From an uncultured Mycoplasmatota bacterium (GTDB lineage: Bacteria > Bacillota_I > Bacilli_A > RF39 > UBA660), in NCBI GenBank assembly GCA_946639185.1, contig CAMPBR010000003.1:1-48303 (forward strand): 48,303 nucleotides of DNA. The letters run 5' to 3'. How positions within the stretch are numbered: the first letter of the stretch is position 1; the number at the start of each line of letters is the position of its first letter. Positions 1 to 7,712 of this stretch are shown here, piece by piece. The notes under the pieces were generated by a model. The model was not told the origin of the DNA. It was given only the letters and a program-made list of their open reading frames with translations, and searched no databases. Made by a program: the position numbers and the translations under genes.

Positions 1-20
1 ATAATTTCATTTTTATCCAT
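1..20 (-). CDS. 5' end of a minus-strand CDS that leaves the window (MDKNEI...)
   Basis: ATG at 20..18 with an AAGAGAG-like RBS just upstream on the minus strand. Only 6 codons are visible. Confidence 0.2.
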
Positions 21-58
21 ATAAACACTCTCTTTCTATTCATTTAAACTTATGAGAT

Positions 59-83
59 AAAAAAAGAAACTATTACTAGTTTC
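59..83 (-). terminator. Rho-independent terminator after the yolD-like gene
   Basis: Stem GAAACTA/TAGTTTC (66..72 / 77..83), 4-nt loop, and a 7-nt A-run on the plus strand (a U-run on the minus transcript). It sits directly 3' of the stop codon at 87..89. Confidence 0.7.
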
Positions 84-86
84 CTA

Positions 87-488
87 TTAAGTTTCTATAT
101 CTATCTTAATTAAATCATCTATTTTAACATTTAAACCATCTTGAAAGATTAATTTTTTATCCACTGTATCTATCTTTTTTATTTTACCTATATGTTCTAG
201 ATATTCTCCACCTTTTTTCTTATTATCTTTTTTAAAATATAGTATTTTAACTTCAATACTATCTATATTATTTTTTATATCTAATAATTTCATATTTATA
301 TTTTCTTTTATATTATCATCAAGTTCTATTTTCTCATCTGTTAATCTAGATGTTTCAATTATAGCTTCTTCATAACCAGTTAAAGCAGCAAAAGGAGCAA
401 ACTGAGCTGACCTATTATAGATAGTCATTCTTTGATGATACTTTGGTTCAAAGTACGGTAAATTAATAATATCTTTATACTCATTCAT
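87..488 (-). CDS. YolD-like protein (accessory partner of Y-family polymerases)
   Basis: 133 aa. Its start overlaps the polymerase stop in ATGA (485..488). The ...SAQFAPFAALTGYEEAI... region and its position immediately downstream of a UmuC-like gene match the UvrX-YolD / YqjW-YqzH arrangement in Bacillus. Confidence 0.6.
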   Translation of the reverse strand: MNEYKDIINLPYFEPKYHQRMTIYNRSAQFAPFAALTGYEEAIIETSRLTDEKIELDDNIKENINMKLLDIKNNIDSIEVKILYFKKDNKKKGGEYLEHIGKIKKIDTVDKKLIFQDGLNVKIDDLIKIDIET

Positions 489-1984
489 CCTTTATGTCCT
501 CCTACTTGATTATTTCTATCTATTGTGGTACTTCCTTCTAATAAGTTCATTCCTTTTATAATAGCATTTTTACCATATTTATTTTTTATATTTAGAATAG
601 CTTTCTGAACTTTTCTTTCATCTTTTTCATTAGATAAAGTTTGATCTAATTCTTTATTTTGCTTATCTATATCTGAAAATAAATTAAATTGATGATAAGA
701 GTTAACTGTTCTTATACTATCTTCTTGTTCTAGGTTACAAGCTGTAAGCGTTATTCTTCTTGATAATAATATAGGATTAACTATTTTCTTATATAATTTC
801 ATAACTTCTTTAGTTATTTCTTTAGTAGAAGAAGTTTTATGAGTTAGTTTAACAGTACCATGAGCATGTTTAGGTACACATCTACCATAAAAATCAGTTA
901 CTATTTCTCCATCATATAAATCTCTTATTTTACTATTTTTTAAATTTTCAATATCATATCCAATCGTTAAAGTTACTAAATCAGTTACATAATGTTTAGA
1001 AACCATATCAAGTGTTAAGGCTTCTACCATTTCCATAACTATTAATTTAGTCTTATCATAATCATATGCTTCATGTAAGACTTGTCCTGATGATAAAGAA
1101 GAATTAGATGGTTTATATGATTTAACATCTTTTATAGTACATGGTTCATATCCCCAAGCATGATCTATTAAAAGTTCTGCATTAACGCCAAATAACTTAT
1201 ATAATAAATTTTCATTATTAATAGACATTAAACAGACATCACCCATCGTATGCATATTATTTTTTTCTAATTTTGCGGCTATTCCCTTACCAACTCGCCA
1301 AAAATCTGTTAATGGTTGATGATTCCATAATTTTTCTCTATAACTAAATTCATTAAGTTCCGCAATTCTAACACCATATTTATTAGCATCAACATGTTTA
1401 GCCACTATATCCATAGCTACTTTAGCTAAATACATATTAGTTCCAATTCCACCAGTTGCTGTTATTCCAGTTGTAGAATAAATATCTAAAATAATCTTAG
1501 TACATAGCTCACTAGGAGTAAGATTATACATCTTTAAATAATTAGTAATATCACAGAATACTTCATCTATTGAATAAACATATATATCTTCAGGAGCTAA
1601 ATACTTTAAATATATATTATATATATTAGTACTATAGCGCATATAATATTTCATTCTAGGAGTAGCTATAATAAAATCAAGTTCTAAATTAGGATTATTT
1701 TTAAGTTCTATATCATTATAAGATTTACCAGTAAACTTATATTTAATCTTTTTTCTTCTTTCTAAATTTATTTTATTTACTTCTTGTTTTACTTCATATA
1801 GTCTAGCTCGTCCACCTATTCCATACTGCTTTAAAGATGGAGTTACAGCTAAACATACTGTTTTATCAGTTCTACTACTATCAGCAACTACTAAATTAGT
1901 TGTAAGTGGATCTAGACCTCTTTCAACACATTCAACAGATGCATAAAAACTTTTTAAATCAATACACATATAGACTCTATCCAT
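485..1984 (-). CDS. Y-family (UmuC/UvrX/PolY2-like) translesion DNA polymerase
   Basis: 499 aa. The N-terminus MCIDLKSFYASVECVERGLDP is the canonical ImpB/MucB/SamB start. SIDEVFCDIT carries the catalytic acidic motif. An SOS box lies upstream. Confidence 0.9.
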   Translation of the reverse strand: MDRVYMCIDLKSFYASVECVERGLDPLTTNLVVADSSRTDKTVCLAVTPSLKQYGIGGRARLYEVKQEVNKINLERRKKIKYKFTGKSYNDIELKNNPNLELDFIIATPRMKYYMRYSTNIYNIYLKYLAPEDIYVYSIDEVFCDITNYLKMYNLTPSELCTKIILDIYSTTGITATGGIGTNMYLAKVAMDIVAKHVDANKYGVRIAELNEFSYREKLWNHQPLTDFWRVGKGIAAKLEKNNMHTMGDVCLMSINNENLLYKLFGVNAELLIDHAWGYEPCTIKDVKSYKPSNSSLSSGQVLHEAYDYDKTKLIVMEMVEALTLDMVSKHYVTDLVTLTIGYDIENLKNSKIRDLYDGEIVTDFYGRCVPKHAHGTVKLTHKTSSTKEITKEVMKLYKKIVNPILLSRRITLTACNLEQEDSIRTVNSYHQFNLFSDIDKQNKELDQTLSNEKDERKVQKAILNIKNKYGKNAIIKGMNLLEGSTTIDRNNQVGGHKG

Positions 1985-2003
1985 CTTACCACTTCCTTAT
2001 ATT

Positions 2004-2032
2004 ATTTTACCAAACATTCGTTCTATAATCAA
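2004..2032 (-). promoter_or_regulatory. SigA-type promoter with a LexA (Cheo) box in the spacer
   Basis: On the minus strand: TTGATT (2032..2027), 17 nt, TAAAAT (2009..2004). The spacer contains AGAACGAATGTTTG (2024..2011), which fits CGAACRNRYGTTYC at 12 of 14 positions, including the GAAC-N4-GTT core. Confidence 0.6.
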
Positions 2033-2035
2033 ATA

Positions 2036-2062
2036 AAATTAAAAGAAACTATTTCTAGTTTC
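2036..2062 (-). terminator. Rho-independent terminator after yafQ
   Basis: Stem GAAACTA/TAGTTTC (2045..2051 / 2056..2062), loop TTTC, U-rich tail on the minus transcript. It abuts the stop codon at 2063..2065. Confidence 0.65.
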
Positions 2063-2368
2063 TTAAAACAACTCACTATGACTACCAGTATCAATTAATA
2101 ATAAAATAAGTTCATTATTATCAATCTTATATACTAGTAACCAATCAGCCTCAATATGACATTCTCTACAATTTTTATAATATTTACTATCTGTTAAAGC
2201 ATGATCTTTATACTTTTCTTCTAGAATATTACCATTAGCTATATCTAAAACTATTTTTTCTAGTTTATCGATATCTTTACCCTGCTTATAAACTCTTCTT
2301 AAGCCTTTATTAAATGTAGATGAACTCCTAACTGCATACTTAGTATCAGTTAAAAAATCAATCTTCAT
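2063..2368 (-). CDS. yafQ: Type II toxin, YafQ family (RelE-fold mRNA interferase)
   Basis: 101 aa. ...KYKDHALTDSKYYKNCRECHIEADWLLVYKIDNNELILLLIDTGSHSELF matches the YafQ signature (DH.L.G...RE.H..PDWLLIY...TGTH). It overlaps the antitoxin gene by 11 nt. Confidence 0.85.
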   Translation of the reverse strand: MKIDFLTDTKYAVRSSSTFNKGLRRVYKQGKDIDKLEKIVLDIANGNILEEKYKDHALTDSKYYKNCRECHIEADWLLVYKIDNNELILLLIDTGSHSELF

Positions 2369-2651
2369 TTAATATATCTTTAAACATTTCATCTACATTA
2401 TGATAAGATTTATACTTTTCAGGATGCTTCATCATCTTATCAGCTTCTTTTAAAGCTTTTCTTAATCTTCTAGATGGTTTAGGGGCTTTTACTTCAAAGG
2501 GTATACCATTTTCATTAATACATTTACTTAAAAACATATTAATAGCTGTACTCATATTTAATCCTAAACTATTAAATAAATCATTAGCTTTTTGTTTTAA
2601 TTCATTATCAACACGAACATTAATAATACCATTATTAGAAATATTATCCAT
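2358..2651 (-). CDS. dinJ: Type II antitoxin, DinJ/RelB family
   Basis: INVRVDNELKQKANDLFNSLGLNMSTAINMFLSKCINENGIPFEV is a typical DinJ ribbon-helix-helix. I place the start at ATG 2651 (GGAG RBS). The ORF-track TTG at 2672 lies upstream of the predicted transcription start. Confidence 0.85.
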   Translation of the reverse strand: MDNISNNGIINVRVDNELKQKANDLFNSLGLNMSTAINMFLSKCINENGIPFEVKAPKPSRRLRKALKEADKMMKHPEKYKSYHNVDEMFKDILNED

Positions 2652-2673
2652 ACCATCATCTCCAATCACCAAG

Positions 2674-2719
2674 ATAATAACATATTATAAAATTATTGTC
2701 AACACATTGTATATACAAT
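2674..2719 (-). promoter_or_regulatory. dinJ-yafQ promoter plus a palindromic candidate operator
   Basis: On the minus strand: TTGACA (2702..2697), 17 nt, TATTAT (2679..2674) with TGn immediately upstream. A perfect 14-nt palindrome ATTGTATATACAAT (2706..2719) abuts the -35. Confidence 0.55.
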
Positions 2720-2787
2720 CATATATATAAATCACCTCAAGCTTTTTATAATACTAAATTACCTTGTCTAAATATGTCAGAATATGT

Positions 2788-2812
2788 AAAAAAAGAAACT
2801 ATTTCTAGTTTC
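2788..2812 (-). terminator. Rho-independent terminator after spoVIF
   Basis: A-run 2788..2794, stem GAAACTA/TAGTTTC (2795..2801 / 2806..2812). The 22 nt at 2791..2812 are identical to 2041..2062. The stem overlaps the TGA stop at 2811..2813. Confidence 0.7.
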
Positions 2813-3050
2813 ATATCATTTTATCTATATCTTTAGGTACATTATCTTTTAAAATTGTATTAACTATCTTATCTTCTTTTTCTTTACTTACATCTCTACC
2901 TGTAAGACTACTAAGTTCATGTACTAAATCTCTTAAAACATTTTCATCTTTCATGTTTGAATGTTGAAGTTTATCAGCTAAAGATATAATTGTATCTTTA
3001 TCAACTCCTGATTTATCTTCTATTTTTTTAAATAAAGAATCTTTAAACAT
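2811..3050 (-). CDS. spoVIF: Stage VI sporulation protein F-like
   Basis: 79 aa. The pattern F.KKIE.K.GV....I..LA..LQ..N.KDEN.LR......L.GR.V.KE.EDKIV..I matches my recollection of B. subtilis SpoVIF (YjcC). Confidence 0.65.
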   Translation of the reverse strand: MFKDSLFKKIEDKSGVDKDTIISLADKLQHSNMKDENVLRDLVHELSSLTGRDVSKEKEDKIVNTILKDNVPKDIDKMI

Positions 3051-3090
3051 AAAAACCTCCTACATTATTATATGTAGAAGGTTTTAAATG

Positions 3091-3285
3091 TTAATCATAA
3101 TATTTTCCAGCTTTTTTAAGTTTAGCTATATATTTTTCTTTTCTTTTACCAAACTCAGCTGATTGCTTCATATAAACTTCAGGTAGAACTTGCCCCTTTT
3201 CATATCTTTCATCAAGAATTTTTTGAGCTCTTTCTAATCCTTCTAATTCTGTTTTTGGATCATGTCTATCAAAGAACCATCCCAT
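3091..3285 (-). CDS. Small basic hypothetical protein (64 aa)
   Basis: Clean ORF in the der-downstream operon. No family recognised. Confidence 0.4.
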   Translation of the reverse strand: MGWFFDRHDPKTELEGLERAQKILDERYEKGQVLPEVYMKQSAEFGKRKEKYIAKLKKAGKYYD

Positions 3286-3293
3286 AATATCAC

Positions 3294-3677
3294 CTACTTA
3301 TCTTCATTATAGAATGTTTCTTTAACTTTATCAAACCAATTAATATCATTTTCGTCAACTAATGTAAATGAAATATCGATTTCGTTATTATTAACTTTAG
3401 ATGAAATAATAATATTCTTCTCTCCAAATCTAATATCAAATTCTTTAAATTTATTAAGAATATCATTAACTAACTGTTCATAAAAAGCTAAATGATTATC
3501 TTTTTTAATACCAATATCATGACATCTAAAATAACTATTTTTAATAACACTTACAGTAAGAATAATATTATCTTCTAAAGAAAGACCAATATTTCCTCTT
3601 GTATTAGAACCATATACTAATATTTGCGAAATATAATCATTTATAAGAAAACTTCTTTTATTAAATAAATCTTTCAT
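3294..3677 (-). CDS. Hypothetical protein (127 aa), translationally coupled to der
   Basis: Its start shares one nucleotide with the der stop (TAATG at 3675..3679). No family recognised. Confidence 0.5.
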   Translation of the reverse strand: MKDLFNKRSFLINDYISQILVYGSNTRGNIGLSLEDNIILTVSVIKNSYFRCHDIGIKKDNHLAFYEQLVNDILNKFKEFDIRFGEKNIIISSKVNNNEIDISFTLVDENDINWFDKVKETFYNEDK

Positions 3678-4984
3678 TAATCATCATTCCTATTTTTAAA
3701 CTGTAAAATTATTGGAGTACCAACTAAATCAAAGTTTTCTCTTATTTTATTTTCTAAATATCTATAATAAGAGAAATGTACTAATCCTTTATTATTTACA
3801 TTAAATGTAAACTTAGGAGGCTTAGATCCTGTTTGAGATACAAAATATATTTTAAGTCTTTTACCTTTATATGAAGGTGGGATATTAAGTTCATAAGCTT
3901 CAGTAATAACTTCATTTAATACACTAGTTTTAATTTCACGTTTAATATTTTCAGCTACTTTTAATACTTCAGGCATTAATGTATGAAGACGTTTTTTAGT
4001 AAGTGCTGATAAATAAACAATAGGAGCATAACTTAAGAACTTAAATTCTTCTCTAATTAGTTTTTCAAAATCTTTAGGATTTTTATTTTCAACAGTATCC
4101 CATTTATTAACAACTATTATTAATCCTTTACCTTTTTCAAGTGCATAACTAGCTATATGTTTATCATGTTCAATAATTCCTTCTTCTGCATTTAATACAA
4201 GTAAACAAATATCACTTCTATCAATAGCTTTTAAACTACGAAGTAGGCTATACTTTTCAACTGCTTCAAATACTTTACCTTTTTTACGCATTCCTGCTGT
4301 ATCGATTAAAACAAATTCTTCACCATTATATTTTAATACTGTATCAACAGCATCTCTAGTAGTACCAGCTTGATTAGATACAATAACTCTTTCTTCATTT
4401 AAAAGAGCATTTATTAAACTACTTTTTCCTACATTAGGACGCCCTATAACACTAAATTTAAGTCTAGTATCAGCATCTTCTTGATCAAACTCTTTAAAAT
4501 CTTTACATACTTCTTCTAATAACTCATATAAACCAGTATTATGTTCTCCACTTATAGGTACATATGTATCAAAACCTAGTTCATAGAAATCATATTGATG
4601 TTCTAAACTTTCTTTACTATCTACCTTATTAATAGCAACAACAACTCTTTTATTACTCTTAATTAACATATTACGAACAACTTTATCATTTTCTGTTATT
4701 CCTTCTTTTCCATCAACTAAGAAAATAACTACATCTGCTTCTTCTATAGCTATTTCTGCTTGAACTTTAATTTCATCATTAAATATTTCTTTAGATACAT
4801 CAATACCACCAGTATCTATTAAATTAAATTTATAATTATTATAAGTAACTTCACTATAAATTCTGTCTCTAGTAACACCTGGAGTATCTTCAATAATAGA
4901 TAATTTAGATCCAACTAATTTATTAAATAAAGTACTTTTTCCTACATTAGGTCTTCCTACTAATGCAACTGTTGGTAATACCAT
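3677..4984 (-). CDS. der: Ribosome-associated GTPase Der (EngA)
   Basis: Two tandem G-domains (GRPNVGKS twice, DTGG/DTAG, NKVD/NKWD) plus a KH-like C-terminus. I moved the start to ATG 4984 (MVLPTVALVGRPNVGKS) behind an AGAGGTGA RBS. Confidence 0.95.
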   Translation of the reverse strand: MVLPTVALVGRPNVGKSTLFNKLVGSKLSIIEDTPGVTRDRIYSEVTYNNYKFNLIDTGGIDVSKEIFNDEIKVQAEIAIEEADVVIFLVDGKEGITENDKVVRNMLIKSNKRVVVAINKVDSKESLEHQYDFYELGFDTYVPISGEHNTGLYELLEEVCKDFKEFDQEDADTRLKFSVIGRPNVGKSSLINALLNEERVIVSNQAGTTRDAVDTVLKYNGEEFVLIDTAGMRKKGKVFEAVEKYSLLRSLKAIDRSDICLLVLNAEEGIIEHDKHIASYALEKGKGLIIVVNKWDTVENKNPKDFEKLIREEFKFLSYAPIVYLSALTKKRLHTLMPEVLKVAENIKREIKTSVLNEVITEAYELNIPPSYKGKRLKIYFVSQTGSKPPKFTFNVNNKGLVHFSYYRYLENKIRENFDLVGTPIILQFKNRNDD

Positions 4985-5100
4985 ATAATCACCTCTTTTA
5001 AACTGATGATATTTTATCATAAAAATCAAAAAAAAACTAGTAGTTAGTTATTAAAACAGGTAATTAATTAATATATTCATAAAATATACTAGGTGATTAT

Positions 5101-5601
5101 ATGTTTATTAAAGACCAAATTAAAACAATAAAAAAGAATGATCCAGCTATTCATTCTATATTTGAAGTATTTTTATATCCAAGTTTTAAAGCTCAAGTTT
5201 ACTATAAAATATCTAGTTTTTTTTATAAAAAGAAATTATTCTTTTTAGCTAGATTAATATCTGAACATGCTAAAAGAAGAACAGGAATTGAAATACACCC
5301 AGGTGCTAAAATAGGAAAAAATCTATTTATTGATCACGGTAATGGTGTCGTAATTGGAGAAACAGCTATAATTGGTAATAATGTAGTTATGTTTCATGGG
5401 GTTACTTTAGGTGGATTAGGAAATATAAAAGGAAAAAGGCATCCTACTATTAAAGATAATGTTTATATCGGATGTGGAGCTAAAATACTAGGAAATATTA
5501 CGATAGGAGAAAATGCTAAAATTGGTGCTGGTAGTGTTGTTTTAAAAGATGTTAATCCTAATAGCACTGTTATTGGTATACCTGGAAAAGAAATTAAGTA
5601 A
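5101..5601 (+). CDS. cysE: Serine O-acetyltransferase (short form)
   Basis: 166 aa. [40 protein letters not shown]...GKRHPTI.DNV.IG.GAKILG is the CysE hexapeptide-repeat core. RBS AGGTGA. Confidence 0.85.
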   Translation: MFIKDQIKTIKKNDPAIHSIFEVFLYPSFKAQVYYKISSFFYKKKLFFLARLISEHAKRRTGIEIHPGAKIGKNLFIDHGNGVVIGETAIIGNNVVMFHGVTLGGLGNIKGKRHPTIKDNVYIGCGAKILGNITIGENAKIGAGSVVLKDVNPNSTVIGIPGKEIK

Positions 5602-6046
5602 GTAATATACCATTTTTTAAAATTTTATTAACATCTTTTCCATAAATAATTCTTCCATATTCAAATAATCTTATATCATCAATCATATTATCTATCTCAG
5701 TATAAAACTTATCTTCGTAATATATTTTATCTTTAGTAATTAAATTTAAATCTTCAAATTCATATAAAATCATACTATTTAAAAAAAGTGTAACATTAAA
5801 GTCTTTTCTACCATAATCGTCAATTAATTCAAAATCTAAAACATATATTCCTTTATAAGAATAGATTGTTACATCATAAAATCCATGCAAAGCATAATTA
5901 TACTTTCTAAATAATACATCATCTAAATATTTAAATAAAACTTTATACTCATCTTCATTAGAGAATATTTCATTAGTTATATAAAAAATAGTAAATGAAT
6001 CTTCACTGTTAAATTCTACTTTTATACTATCAATCAAATTAATCAC
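5594..6046 (-). CDS. Possible short MecA-family adaptor-like protein
   Basis: 150 aa. ...[14 protein letters not shown]... and the C-terminal [20 protein letters not shown] resemble the MecA C-terminal domain (LYSFENRYYLYVDF...LEEYGKLII....I). GTG start with a weak RBS. It overlaps the cysE 3' end by 8 nt in convergent orientation. Confidence 0.4.
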   Translation of the reverse strand: MINLIDSIKVEFNSEDSFTIFYITNEIFSNEDEYKVLFKYLDDVLFRKYNYALHGFYDVTIYSYKGIYVLDFELIDDYGRKDFNVTLFLNSMILYEFEDLNLITKDKIYYEDKFYTEIDNMIDDIRLFEYGRIIYGKDVNKILKNGILLT

Positions 6047-6067
6047 TACTTTCTAATATAAATTATG

Positions 6068-6096
6068 AAAAAAAAAGAATCTAGCTACTAGATTCT
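6068..6096 (-). terminator. Rho-independent terminator after engB
   Basis: Stem AGAATCTAG/CTAGATTCT (6076..6084 / 6088..6096) with a 9-nt A-run on the plus strand (a U-run on the minus transcript). Confidence 0.75.
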
Positions 6097-6103
6097 TTTA
6101 ATT

Positions 6104-6736
6104 CTAAATTATATCTTCATCATCATCTTCAGTATCTACTACTTCAACTTGATCATTAATTAAATTATCAATCTTAGCTAATACCTCTTCTTTACCTAGT
6201 TTAGAAACACCAGAGAATAATACTAAATCATCACCAACAACTAAGTTTAATGTATTAAGAATAATTTTCTTATTTTTATCTATTTTACTTCCCCCAACTT
6301 TATCTACCTTAGTAGCAACAATAGTTACAGGAATATTATAGTATTTTAAGAAATTATACATTAAAACATCATCTTCAGTAGGCTTATGTCTAAAATCAAC
6401 TAACATAAATACTCTAATTAATTGTTCGCGTTTTTCTAAATACTCCTCAATCATTTTACCAAACTTAGCTTGAGTTTCTTTATTAACCGCAGCATATCCA
6501 TAACCAGGTACATCAACAAGATAAAATTCATTATTAGCAAGATAAAAACTTAATGTTTGCGTTTTACCAGGTTTTCCTGAAGTATAAGCTAAATTCTTTC
6601 TACCAGATAAGGTATTAATAAAAGTACTTTTACCAACATTGCTTCTTCCTATTAACATAAATTCTGGTTTAGTATCTTCAGGATATTGACTACGTCTAAC
6701 AGCTTGAACATCTAATTTGATATCATTAATCTTCAT
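6104..6736 (-). CDS. engB: Ribosome biogenesis GTPase EngB (YsxC/YihA)
   Basis: GRSNVGKSTFIN, DVPGYGY, TKVDK. The start is set to ATG 6736 (MKINDIKL...) behind a GGGTGAT RBS. It overlaps the nrnA stop. Confidence 0.9.
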   Translation of the reverse strand: MKINDIKLDVQAVRRSQYPEDTKPEFMLIGRSNVGKSTFINTLSGRKNLAYTSGKPGKTQTLSFYLANNEFYLVDVPGYGYAAVNKETQAKFGKMIEEYLEKREQLIRVFMLVDFRHKPTEDDVLMYNFLKYYNIPVTIVATKVDKVGGSKIDKNKKIILNTLNLVVGDDLVLFSGVSKLGKEEVLAKIDNLINDQVEVVDTEDDDEDII

Positions 6737-7691
6737 TAATATCACCCAATTCTTCAATATATTTACGACATGCTTCATTTAAATCATCAATTAATTTATA
6801 TGCATCTTCTTTTATAGTAACCCTAGCTCCACTAGCTAATTTATGTCCACCACCATTATATTTCTCAGCTATTGTATTTATTACAGGGCCACGGCTTCTA
6901 ATATTAATCTTAAATATACCATTCTTTGTATCTTCAGTAATTGCTAACCATACTAACACTTCTTCAATATAATTAAAATTATTAATCATATTTCCACTAC
7001 TAGCAACATCAACACCATATTTTTTTAATACTTCATCACTTACTTCGATATATCCTACTCCATAATCAGTTACTTGCATTGACTCAGACATATAACCAAA
7101 TAAACGCATCTCAGCAAGTGGTCTCATATAAAGAGGAGAATATAAACTAGATATATCTAAATTATAATCTTTTATAACCTTAGATACTATATCAAATGTA
7201 GTATAAGATGAATTATTAAACATAAACCTATTTGTATCACTTACAAGTCCTAAATATAATACTTCCATAACTCTTTTAGTTGCTTCTAACTTAGTATCAT
7301 AAATCATACGCATAACAAGTTCACAAGCACTACTAGCTTTATCATCTACAAGTTCTAAATCACAAAACTTTTCCATAAATGGATGATGATCAATTTTAAT
7401 AGTATAAGCAAAGTTATCAATATCAGCTGAATCTACTCTTTTTCTATCTGGAGTATCTAAAACAATTAATAATGTTTTTGAATAATCTCCATCAAAGTGA
7501 TCAAGTTTACCTAAGAATGAAAACTTAGCTCCACCTGTACCAACTGCATATACTTTTTTTTCTGGAAAAGTATTTAAAATTGCATCTCTAAGTCCAACTT
7601 GACTAGCCATAGCATCAGGATCTACTCCAATATGTCTAGCAATAACTATACTATCGTATTTCTTAATTTCCTTTAATATTTTTTTAAACAT
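6726..7691 (-). CDS. nrnA: DHH/DHHA1 phosphoesterase, NrnA-like nanoRNase/pAp phosphatase
   Basis: 321 aa with the motifs ARHIGVDPDAMAS, DHHP and GGGHKLASGA. Confidence 0.85.
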   Translation of the reverse strand: MFKKILKEIKKYDSIVIARHIGVDPDAMASQVGLRDAILNTFPEKKVYAVGTGGAKFSFLGKLDHFDGDYSKTLLIVLDTPDRKRVDSADIDNFAYTIKIDHHPFMEKFCDLELVDDKASSACELVMRMIYDTKLEATKRVMEVLYLGLVSDTNRFMFNNSSYTTFDIVSKVIKDYNLDISSLYSPLYMRPLAEMRLFGYMSESMQVTDYGVGYIEVSDEVLKKYGVDVASSGNMINNFNYIEEVLVWLAITEDTKNGIFKINIRSRGPVINTIAEKYNGGGHKLASGARVTIKEDAYKLIDDLNEACRKYIEELGDINED

Positions 7692-7712
7692 ACTAACCTC
7701 TATTCTATTCTC

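Noticed and set aside
2652-2672. N-terminal extensions proposed by the ORF track, shown here for dinJ. The same applies to der, engB, ackA paralog 2, SASP, thiI, rpsD, ytxH, trmB, dinB, cse60, radical SAM, B1 and vanY
   Set aside because: In each case an internal ATG (or TTG for the third fem gene) is preceded by a much better Shine-Dalgarno sequence at 5-9 nt and aligns with the conserved N-terminus of the family. The upstream codons often overlap the RBS, the promoter or the preceding gene.
3294-3677. Calling the 127-aa ORF a minimal nucleotidyltransferase because of a YGSNTRGN string
   Set aside because: The GS-x-x-RG-like string is not followed by the required D-x-D acidic pair. Similarity is limited to a few residues.
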